From positions 1 through 33,968 of IMG/VR virus record IMGVR_UViG_3300045988_091480: 33,968 nt of DNA; one strand, given 5' to 3'. The notes beneath the pieces are model-generated. The model ran no database searches. It was not told the DNA's origin and saw only the letters and a program-made list of their open reading frames with translations. The position numbers and the translations under genes were made by a program. This stretch comes from a virus. Shown one piece after another: positions 1 through 5,778 of this stretch. Each line of letters opens with the position of its first letter. The stretch's first letter is position 1.

Positions 1-253
1 AGCCGTAGCCGGAGCCGTCGCCAAAGCCGGAGCCGTAGCCGTCGCCGGAGCCGTCGCCGTAGCCGTAGCCGTCGCCGTAGCCGGAGCCGTCGCCAAAGCC
101 GGAGCCGTAGCCGTCGCCGTAGCCGGAGCCGTAGCCGTAGCCGGAGCCGTCGCCAAAGCCGGAGCCGTAGCCGTCGCCGGAGCCGTCGCCGTAGCCGTCG
201 CCAAAGCCGGTAAAATCTACGTGCAAGAATTCCCGCAGCTTTATCTCTTCCAT
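1..253 (-). CDS. N-terminal part of a (Gly-X)n dipeptide-repeat protein; the ORF runs off the left edge and is in frame with 33431..33968 if circular
   Basis: ATG at 253 overlaps the stop of the 241..531 gene. The minus strand reads MEEIKLREFLHVDFTG then GFGDGYGDGSGDGYGSGFGDGSGYG... A strict gccNNN hexamer periodicity covers about 2..211. Confidence 0.6.
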   Translation of the reverse strand, partial: MEEIKLREFLHVDFTGFGDGYGDGSGDGYGSGFGDGSGYGYGSGYGDGYGSGFGDGSGYGDGYGYGDGSGDGYGSGFGDGSGYG

Positions 254-531
254 TCCTTCACCGCCTTAATGGAGGCCTCCGCTTTCTCCGTGCAGGGGAT
301 TATCTCGATCACATCTGTGATCACTATTGACGCTACCGGCACGGGAAACTTGCATGAGGCTGCCGCGCTTGTGCCGTCAACCGCCAGCTGAGATATGCTT
401 GCAGCACCATCCCAATACCAGATGCGTCGGCAGTCGTTCAGCTCGACTTCACGCCCCTCCTTGGCTTTCAGTGTCCCAGCAAAAACGCCGGAACGATCTC
501 CGCGAACGATTACATACTTTCCTTCGTACAT
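241..531 (-). CDS. Hypothetical early protein (96 aa)
   Basis: Track ORF in the tightly packed minus-strand operon; its stop overlaps the next start. No motif recognised. Confidence 0.6.
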   Translation of the reverse strand: MYEGKYVIVRGDRSGVFAGTLKAKEGREVELNDCRRIWYWDGAASISQLAVDGTSAAASCKFPVPVASIVITDVIEIIPCTEKAEASIKAVKEWKR

Positions 532-565
532 GATTCTTCTCCTTTATTCTGATTATTTTGATATG

Positions 566-1111
566 CTATACTTCATTTCCCCATGCATCCCAGCCGGGGG
601 TTGTTTCTCTTGCAAAAATCTCTATGCGCGGCTCGTAGCTCACCAGCTCTATCATGCGGCGCATTTCTTCTGGCTTGCGGCTGTGCACCGTCTTGGGTGC
701 ATAGAATCCCGTTTTTCCTTGGCAGCGTTTACCCTCTGCCGAAATTTTGTAAGGCAAGCGCTTCTTGGTCGTAGCGAATATGCAGTGCTCAGTCAGTCCG
801 CGGTAATACTGCCCCAGCCCTTGCCGGTCTTTCATCCACGTTATCGTTGTAACGTACTCAAATCCCCACGCCCTTGCGCACTCAAGCGCGGCCGGTAGAT
901 AATTATTTGTAGCCCAGCAGTACAGATGGCAGCCGTCCGGATCTGCGAGTTGCCTAATTGGGAGCGCCTTAATCTCGTCAACTGACAGCAGACTATAATG
1001 CCTGTCTGCACCACGTTTAATCTTGCCGACCCCCCGCTCCGGCCACGGCGGGTCTATGTAAATAGTCCTATATAGTTTTGCAGGGAAAGCTTTGACTTCG
1101 TTCATCTTCAT
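566..1111 (-). CDS. MT-A70-family DNA N6-adenine methyltransferase (about 181 aa)
   Basis: IYIDPPWP (DPPW catalytic motif) near the N-terminus. ATG 1111 overlaps the VRR-NUC stop (ATGA). The upstream part of the 339-aa track ORF is an out-of-frame overlap with the VRR-NUC gene. Confidence 0.8.
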   Translation of the reverse strand: MKMNEVKAFPAKLYRTIYIDPPWPERGVGKIKRGADRHYSLLSVDEIKALPIRQLADPDGCHLYCWATNNYLPAALECARAWGFEYVTTITWMKDRQGLGQYYRGLTEHCIFATTKKRLPYKISAEGKRCQGKTGFYAPKTVHSRKPEEMRRMIELVSYEPRIEIFARETTPGWDAWGNEV

Positions 1112-1542
1112 TCCCATAGCCCGTCCAGGTACCGCTTGATCATGGTCGCCGCCTCCTCCCAGCCGCGGCACACTACCCATGCGTACCCCTGCTCTGTCAG
1201 CCGCTCGCCCCATGCTGTCTGCTCGCGGCTGACCTTGCCGCCGTCCACACGCTTCATCTCGATAAACAGCCCGTGCCGATTGCCGATAGCAACGGGGAGA
1301 AAGAGATCGGGCACACCCGCCTTGACCCCCTCCATCTTGAAGCGCGCCGCCTCCGCCTTGCCGCGCTTGCCGCCGTTCGGAATGTGGAACAGCAGAGCCA
1401 GCTCCGGGTATTCGCTCTGCTGCATAGCCGCCCAGTGGAACAGCGTCGCCTGTTCCTCGCCCTCCTTGGCGCACGTCGGCAGCTTGGTCTTCTTCTCTTG
1501 CGTTTGTGCTGTTGCGCAGGTTCTGTAATGTGCTCCCATCAT
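1108..1542 (-). CDS. VRR-NUC domain nuclease (144 aa)
   Basis: GVPDLFLP...LFIEMK is a PD-(D/E)xK signature, followed by SREQTAW. A GGAGGAG SD precedes ATG 1542. Confidence 0.7.
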   Translation of the reverse strand: MMGAHYRTCATAQTQEKKTKLPTCAKEGEEQATLFHWAAMQQSEYPELALLFHIPNGGKRGKAEAARFKMEGVKAGVPDLFLPVAIGNRHGLFIEMKRVDGGKVSREQTAWGERLTEQGYAWVVCRGWEEAATMIKRYLDGLWE

Positions 1543-1556
1543 GTTCTCCTCCAGTC

Positions 1557-1730
1557 TCAGTTGTATTCTTCGAGTGCGTTGCCACCCTCGCGCCAGCCGC
1601 GCCGGCGCCGCCAGTCGTCGTCTATTATCTGCTGCATCTTCCGGCAACTCTTGATGTACTCCTCACCGTCGGTGCACTCGGCACACTCGCGCTTTGACTT
1701 ATGGGTGCAGCCGATACATGGGCATATCAT
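1557..1730 (-). CDS. Small Cys-rich protein (57 aa, CPCIGC..CAEC..C)
   Basis: Hand-translated and below the track size cut-off. An AGGTGA SD lies 6 nt upstream of ATG 1730, and the ORF fills the gap between neighbouring genes. Confidence 0.45.
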   Translation of the reverse strand: MICPCIGCTHKSKRECAECTDGEEYIKSCRKMQQIIDDDWRRRRGWREGGNALEEYN

Positions 1731-1740
1731 CAGCTGTCAC

Positions 1741-1983
1741 CTATATCCGCGCGCGGATGTCTTCCGGCGTATAGCTCGTATTCACAAGCAGATCCTCACA
1801 CCACGCGCTCTTAAAAAACGCCTCGATCTCGGCCATGCTGATAATGCAGCCGTTATGCTCCAGCGTGTCCTTCCCTTCGCGGCGCAGCCGGCGCAGATCG
1901 CGCGCGGTCTGGTCAAATATCGCGACGGCGAGGCACTCAATGCCCGTCGCGTTCACGCCCCGCATGTCCGCGAGGTCGATCAT
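1741..1983 (-). CDS. Hypothetical early protein (80 aa; alternative start 2007)
   Basis: Track ORF. The internal ATG 1983 has an AGGAG SD at about 7 nt spacing. Confidence 0.5.
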   Translation of the reverse strand: MIDLADMRGVNATGIECLAVAIFDQTARDLRRLRREGKDTLEHNGCIISMAEIEAFFKSAWCEDLLVNTSYTPEDIRARI

Positions 1984-2006
1984 GTCACTGCTCCTATGCC
2001 TTGACA

Positions 2007-2174
2007 TCAGCTGCGCGCCCCCTTTGTGTCAGCGTCGAGGACTTCTCGCGCCCGCTCGGGGTGCGTCTTTATGTAGTGCCGGAGAATGCCGGCGGCGAGC
2101 CTGTCCCGCTCCGCCGGGGTCAAGACGGGCGTCGGCACTGCTCCCGCTCCCGTCCGGGAAATGACTATCGGCAT
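2007..2174 (-). CDS. Hypothetical small protein (55 aa)
   Basis: Hand-translated as MPIVISRTGAGAVPTPVLTPAERDRLAAGILRHYIKTHPERAREVLDADTKGARS, with a GAGGAGGGGG SD upstream. Confidence 0.5.
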   Translation of the reverse strand: MPIVISRTGAGAVPTPVLTPAERDRLAAGILRHYIKTHPERAREVLDADTKGARS

Positions 2175-2186
2175 TGCTCCCCCTCC

Positions 2187-2372
2187 TCAAAAGCTGCACT
2201 GGGCGAGGATCTCGCCCTGCGGATTGCGCAGCGTCACGCGCTGGATGTCGTGCCCTGTGTCCACCGCCGCGATGATCAGCGACTTGTAGACCTTGCGCGC
2301 GGCGTAAACGTCGCTGATGGTGATGCTCTCGACGCTCTCGGCGTTCCAATGCTTCATCTCGATCTTAAACAT
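2187..2372 (-). CDS. Hypothetical small protein (61 aa)
   Basis: Track ORF; its start overlaps the stop of the upstream 55-aa ORF. Confidence 0.5.
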   Translation of the reverse strand: MFKIEMKHWNAESVESITISDVYAARKVYKSLIIAAVDTGHDIQRVTLRNPQGEILAQCSF

Positions 2373-2532
2373 TTCTGCTTACCTTCTTGCTGTTGGTCTC
2401 CGCACCGGCGGAGAGGGCAGACGTTGCGTGAACGCCCATCACAAACCCAGTGCACATACTCTGTTGTGCCGGGGGGAGCTGGCGGAGCTGGTTTATCGTC
2501 TCCTCAAGCTCTTTCTTCTCTTTTTCGCTCAT
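2365..2532 (-). CDS. Hypothetical small protein (55 aa)
   Basis: Hand-translated as MSEKEKKELEETINQLRQLPPAQQSMCTGF..., with a TAAGGAGAG SD. Confidence 0.5.
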   Translation of the reverse strand: MSEKEKKELEETINQLRQLPPAQQSMCTGFVMGVHATSALSAGAETNSKKVSRNV

Positions 2533-2546
2533 TGTTGTATCTCTCC

Positions 2547-2702
2547 TTAATTATCAATTTCTACGCTTAATTCCTGCATCAGAGAGGCTAATTCGGCTGC
2601 CGCTGTTTTAGCCTTTTCTATTGCTTCATTGAGCTCGCGGGCTTTATCTGTAGCTTTGTCTATCCCGCGGACTGACACGTCTACTGTTATTTTGTTATCC
2701 AT
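2547..2702 (-). CDS. Hypothetical small helical protein (51 aa)
   Basis: Hand-translated as MDNKITVDVSVRGIDKATDKARELNEAIEKAKTAAAELASLMQELSVEIDN, with an AAAGGAGGATGGG SD. Confidence 0.5.
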   Translation of the reverse strand: MDNKITVDVSVRGIDKATDKARELNEAIEKAKTAAAELASLMQELSVEIDN

Positions 2703-2769
2703 TATTCCCATCCTCCTTTTTCCCTTTCTTGACCATTTGCAATAAACGGTTTTTCTCTGCTATGCTGAG

Positions 2770-3006
2770 CTATGTGTCTATGGAACTGACATTCAGGGAA
2801 GCCTCTTCGCTGCCAGTGGTGAAATGAAACTGGAATGCGTAGTCTGACAGCTCTTGAAGCACCGCCGTCAGCTCTGCCGAGAGTTTTTCGGCCTGCGCTA
2901 TCTTCTGCTTGAATGCCGGAAAATTTCTTGCCTCTACATACAGTACAGTCCCGAACGTCTGAATCGCTCCGTCTCTATCCCTGTATGCGGCTATTGCATT
3001 ATCCAT
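2770..3006 (-). CDS. First gene of the leftward early operon (78 aa, hypothetical)
   Basis: Track ORF with an AAAGGAGGATGG SD, lying directly downstream of the minus-strand promoter. Confidence 0.6.
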   Translation of the reverse strand: MDNAIAAYRDRDGAIQTFGTVLYVEARNFPAFKQKIAQAEKLSAELTAVLQELSDYAFQFHFTTGSEEASLNVSSIDT

Positions 3007-3059
3007 TTTCCATCCTCCTTTTCCGCTTGATTCGCTTAATTAATTTCCAAGTTGCCTTG

Positions 3060-3088
3060 AGTATAATCCATGCTACGCGGATTGTCAA
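3060..3088 (-). promoter_or_regulatory. Leftward early (lytic) promoter
   Basis: The minus strand reads TTGACA - 17 nt - TATACT. Confidence 0.55.
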
Positions 3089-3119
3089 GTATCCTTTTCA
3101 AGTTTAGTTGGATTTTTTC

Positions 3120-3148
3120 TTGACATTTTTCAAGAGCGCCTTTATACT
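3120..3148 (+). promoter_or_regulatory. Rightward repressor promoter
   Basis: The plus strand reads TTGACA - 17 nt - TATACT, 15 nt upstream of the repressor ORF. Confidence 0.55.
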
Positions 3149-3163
3149 ACTTCGTGAAAGGGG

Positions 3164-3589
3164 GTGAAACTGCTGGACACTATTGGTGAAAGGATAAGGC
3201 TGCTCCGAAAAAGCTCTTTGAATTTGACGCTTGAAAAATTCGGTGAACGCCTCGGGATTTCGAACCAGTCTCTTAGTGCTATTGAGACTGGGAAGAACAA
3301 TCCCAGCGATCAGACTATCCGTTCCATCTGCCGAGAGTTTCGTGTCCGTGAAGAATGGATACGTACCGGCGAGGAACCAATGTATATGCAGATGACGCCG
3401 AATCAAGAGCGCGCGGCGTTCCTCGCCAGTGTGACAGCCGGTGAGGCAAGCCCAGAGATCAACGCTTTCATCGACGCGCTGAAAAGCATTTCGGACAGCG
3501 ATTTGAAAATCGTCATGGCATTTGTCAGCCGCACCTACGAGGCGTATAAAGAAAACCTCAAAAACAGCGAAAGCCCCGAAGCGGAATAA
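3164..3589 (+). CDS. XRE-family HTH repressor (CI-like, without a peptidase domain)
   Basis: The N-terminus IGERIRLLRKSSLNLTLEKFGERLGISNQSLSAIETGKNNPS is a typical XRE HTH. The gene is divergent from the early operon. The start is uncertain because GTG 3164 abuts the GGGGG SD. Confidence 0.75.
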   Translation: MKLLDTIGERIRLLRKSSLNLTLEKFGERLGISNQSLSAIETGKNNPSDQTIRSICREFRVREEWIRTGEEPMYMQMTPNQERAAFLASVTAGEASPEINAFIDALKSISDSDLKIVMAFVSRTYEAYKENLKNSESPEAE

Positions 3590-3611
3590 AAATCCGCTCC
3601 GGGGCTTTCGC
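3556..3611. terminator. 19-bp-stem hairpin shared by the convergent repressor gene and the 36-aa ORF
   Basis: gcgaaagccccgaagcgga / tccgctccggggctttcgc with 1 mismatch, and the repressor stop sits in the loop. A T-run follows only on the minus strand. Confidence 0.5.
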
Positions 3612-3616
3612 TGTAC

Positions 3617-3727
3617 CTACATATGCAGCACCATACAGTACAGGTTTTTCAATTTCTCCACGTCCAGCAGCCAAAGCAGCCGGACGATTTTCTCTATCTC
3701 CCGCTCTTTTTCGTTTTTGTCGCTCAA
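3617..3727 (-). CDS. 36-aa micro-ORF (MSDKNEKEREIEKIVRLLWLLDVEKLKNLYCMVLHM)
   Basis: TTG start 7 nt after an AAGGAGG SD. The ORF is followed by the 3556..3611 hairpin plus a T-run on the minus strand. Confidence 0.4.
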   Translation of the reverse strand: MSDKNEKEREIEKIVRLLWLLDVEKLKNLYCMVLHM

Positions 3728-3733
3728 TTTTCA

Positions 3734-3774
3734 CCCTCCTTTTATGTTTTTTTACAGATTTATCTTGATTTTCC
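3734..3774. repeat. Direct repeat, copy 1 (ccctccttttatgtttttttacagatttatcttgattttc)
   Basis: Matches 4626..4667 with 1 mismatch and 1 indel. Confidence 0.85.
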
Positions 3775-3814
3775 GAGTTTTAAATGTTACATTTTTATTA
3801 ACATATCGGCAAAA

Positions 3815-4549
3815 ATGAAAGGTCGTGTTTATATAGGAATTAGAGATTTATTTAAGCGCAAGCCTCATGTTGGTTTGTCTATTAAAGAAGCCACTACTTC
3901 AGATTGTGTGAGCAATCTGGATTCTGAAACAGACGATTTAGACAAATTTAGAGCTGAGTTGCGCGCCAAATCGTCAGCTAAACACCAGCCTCAATTGTTG
4001 TATGGCGCTGTTCCTAACCCCCCAGACATAGAAGGATTTGACTTTTCCAATGTTCTAATAGCTAGAAACATTACCCATGATGATTATTTGCTAGATGGTT
4101 TCAACGCTGGTCGTTTCATACGCGACATGGATTATATAAATGGCATTGTGGCTCAAACAGCAGATATTATCATTGGATTACCAGACTTCACAATCGATCG
4201 TTTCATTACTGCGTGGACACCTGTTCCCGAAATTAGTTATAACGACACACCCAGCACAATGTGGCGCTACTCTCACTTTTACTTTGAGCGTCCTACTCCG
4301 ACCGGCAAGCAGAAGAAATATCCTTTGAGAGTTGTTTGGTACGATATATATAGCTTGCAGCAGGGTGCATTTTACTACAATAAATCTGGCATTCTCGGTA
4401 AGGGTGGCGTTTTTGTCCGTGTCCCTGATCAAGACCCCGATTTCTATGGTTATTCAATGGACTTTATTGACGGTCGTGTTTCCCACATATGGGCTAATTT
4501 TTTTCATGATGGGAAAAAAGTATTGTATAACAAAAACACAGATATTTGA
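3815..4549 (+). CDS. Orphan 244-aa protein in an AT-rich cassette (function unknown)
   Basis: Long ORF with markedly lower GC than its flanks. Start taken at the internal ATG (MKGRVYIGIRDLFK...), because the upstream part of the track ORF crosses the repeat and the antisense micro-ORF. No obvious SD. Confidence 0.6.
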   Translation: MKGRVYIGIRDLFKRKPHVGLSIKEATTSDCVSNLDSETDDLDKFRAELRAKSSAKHQPQLLYGAVPNPPDIEGFDFSNVLIARNITHDDYLLDGFNAGRFIRDMDYINGIVAQTADIIIGLPDFTIDRFITAWTPVPEISYNDTPSTMWRYSHFYFERPTPTGKQKKYPLRVVWYDIYSLQQGAFYYNKSGILGKGGVFVRVPDQDPDFYGYSMDFIDGRVSHIWANFFHDGKKVLYNKNTDI

Positions 4550-4582
4550 ATCTGCGATTTAGGCTTACGTATTTTGAAACAT

Positions 4583-4623
4583 CGTCCCCGGTATTGGCTA
4601 TGACCTTTGCCGGGGTCTTTTTT
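4583..4623 (+). terminator. Rho-independent terminator of the orphan cassette (hairpin module, copy A)
   Basis: The ccccggta...tgccgggg stem is followed by tctttttt. Confidence 0.7.
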
Positions 4624-4625
4624 CG

Positions 4626-4667
4626 CCCTCCTTTTTATGTTTATTTACAGATTTATCTTGATTTTCT
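4626..4667. repeat. Direct repeat, copy 2
   Basis: ccctcctttttatgtttatttacagatttatcttgattttc matches 3734..3774. Confidence 0.85.
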
Positions 4668-4957
4668 GCTCTCAATTATAATTGTTCACAATTTGTTCAT
4701 GTTTGTCAAGTCCAGTATGGTATAGAATAGGAGTGCGGAAGGATCCGCATCACTGTAGAGCAATTCATAACCCGCTCAACCGCCTTGAGCCAGCGGTATG
4801 TAAACATGGGCTTCTTGTGCCGCCTGTCGTCAGGCGACTAACAAATATGCGACCTGCTTTGAATTGCCCCCTGCCGTCCGGGGACTATAAATAGGCGGCT
4901 CGTAAACTGTATCACGATAGAGCACCAAAGAGAAAACTATCGAAAGGAGATGATACT

Positions 4958-5110
4958 GTGTCTGCGTCTGCGCAAAACTATGTATACTACGTCAAATCGA
5001 ACGACAAAAAGCAAATGGAAACGAAGTCCACGTTAACACGTGAGGACGTCGAAAGAATGAAACGCGAGGTCAGCAAGTATCTTGTGCCGCCCGTTGAAAG
5101 AAAGAATTGA
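4958..5110 (+). CDS. 50-aa ORF upstream of and overlapping the GNAT gene (possible antitoxin/partner)
   Basis: GTG start 7 nt after an AAAGGAGA SD. Reads MSASAQNYVYYVKSNDKKQMETKSTLTREDVERMKREVSKYLVPPVERKN. Confidence 0.4.
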   Translation: MSASAQNYVYYVKSNDKKQMETKSTLTREDVERMKREVSKYLVPPVERKN

Positions 5111-5627
5111 ATTATTCTCTGCTGAAAAGCATTTCGGGCTGGCGTGGGATTTCCATGTCAGTCCTATTTCTTGCGGTCATCACGAGCATTATGAGGAGTA
5201 CATAAAGCTGTGCGCCGCCACGGACAAAGCCTCGGGTCTTGGAACAACTCATGTTTTCATAACGGAAAAGGACAGCAGGGAGTATCTTGCCGGATTCATT
5301 ACGCTCCGCGCGTCTTCGCTCATCATGGAGTGCGACGGTATTCTTCAAGGAAGACCGGCATTAGAGATTTCTGAGCTGGCCGTCGACGAAAGGTTCGCAG
5401 GGCAGAGCATCGGGCGTGTTCTTGTCGAGTTTACGATCTCCATGGCGGACAGCATGAACGCCACCAGCGTCGGCGTCCGATACGTTGTTGTATGCTCCGA
5501 CCCGCAGTCGTGCGGTTTTTATAAGCAGTGTCATTTCTCTGAGCTTGGGACTTTGGGCGCTGTCCCGCGCGAAAACTGGAACAACTCGTGCGTTCCGATG
5601 TACATACAGCTCCCATCCGCGAATTGA
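5082..5627 (+). CDS. GNAT-family N-acetyltransferase (TacT/AtaT-like pattern)
   Basis: PALEISELAVDERFAGQSIGRVLV contains the acetyl-CoA motif A, followed by ...VVVCSDPQSCGFYKQCHF. The only start candidates are TTG (5082 or 5094), both overlapping the upstream ORF. Confidence 0.7.
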   Translation: MCRPLKERIELFSAEKHFGLAWDFHVSPISCGHHEHYEEYIKLCAATDKASGLGTTHVFITEKDSREYLAGFITLRASSLIMECDGILQGRPALEISELAVDERFAGQSIGRVLVEFTISMADSMNATSVGVRYVVVCSDPQSCGFYKQCHFSELGTLGAVPRENWNNSCVPMYIQLPSAN

Positions 5628-5631
5628 GAAC

Positions 5632-5664
5632 CGTCCCCGGCATTGGCGATGACCTTTGCCGGGG
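5632..5664 (+). terminator. Hairpin module, copy B (10-bp stem gtccccggca/tgccggggac)
   Basis: Matches the 33-bp hairpin core 4583..4615 of copy A at 31 of 33 positions. Lies 5 nt after the GNAT stop. No T-run follows. Confidence 0.5.
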
Positions 5665-5669
5665 ACTTA

Positions 5670-5778
5670 TAGCAGATACCCGGTCAAGTGACTATCTGCT
5701 ACGCTTATAGGGTAGCAGATAACCCGTCCCATTGTCCATGTTGGAATTCACAAAAGCGCCTTGATATTCACAAAGCGC
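5670..5778. promoter_or_regulatory. Operator-like repeats upstream of the membrane HTH gene
   Basis: TAGCAGATA occurs at 5670 and 5713, with the inverted copy TATCTGCTA at 5693. ATTCACAAA(A)GCGC is a direct repeat at 5746 and 5766. Confidence 0.35.

Noticed and set aside
1-220. Hexamer array as a CRISPR or non-coding satellite
   Set aside because: The period is 6 bp, there are no spacers, and the array is in frame with flanking coding sequence on the minus strand. It is a coding dipeptide repeat.
566-1585. Full 339-aa version of the methyltransferase ORF
   Set aside because: The N-terminal approximately 158 residues are Gly/Arg/Ala-rich and overlap the VRR-NUC gene out of frame. The DPPW domain starts right after an ATGA-coupled start at 1111.
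3104-3406. 100-aa minus-strand ORF opposite the repressor
   Set aside because: It is antisense to a clear XRE HTH gene and would start inside the switch region without an SD.
3623-3814. N-terminal 64 codons of the 308-aa track ORF
   Set aside because: This part crosses the direct repeat, lies antisense to the SD-equipped 36-aa ORF, and encodes a Phe/Leu-rich implausible leader. The internal ATG 3815 was preferred.
4682-4894. 70-aa TTG-initiated ORF in the long leader
   Set aside because: It has no SD, a Cys/Pro/Arg-rich composition, and overlaps predicted RNA stems. It was kept as non-coding, though this is flagged as testable.
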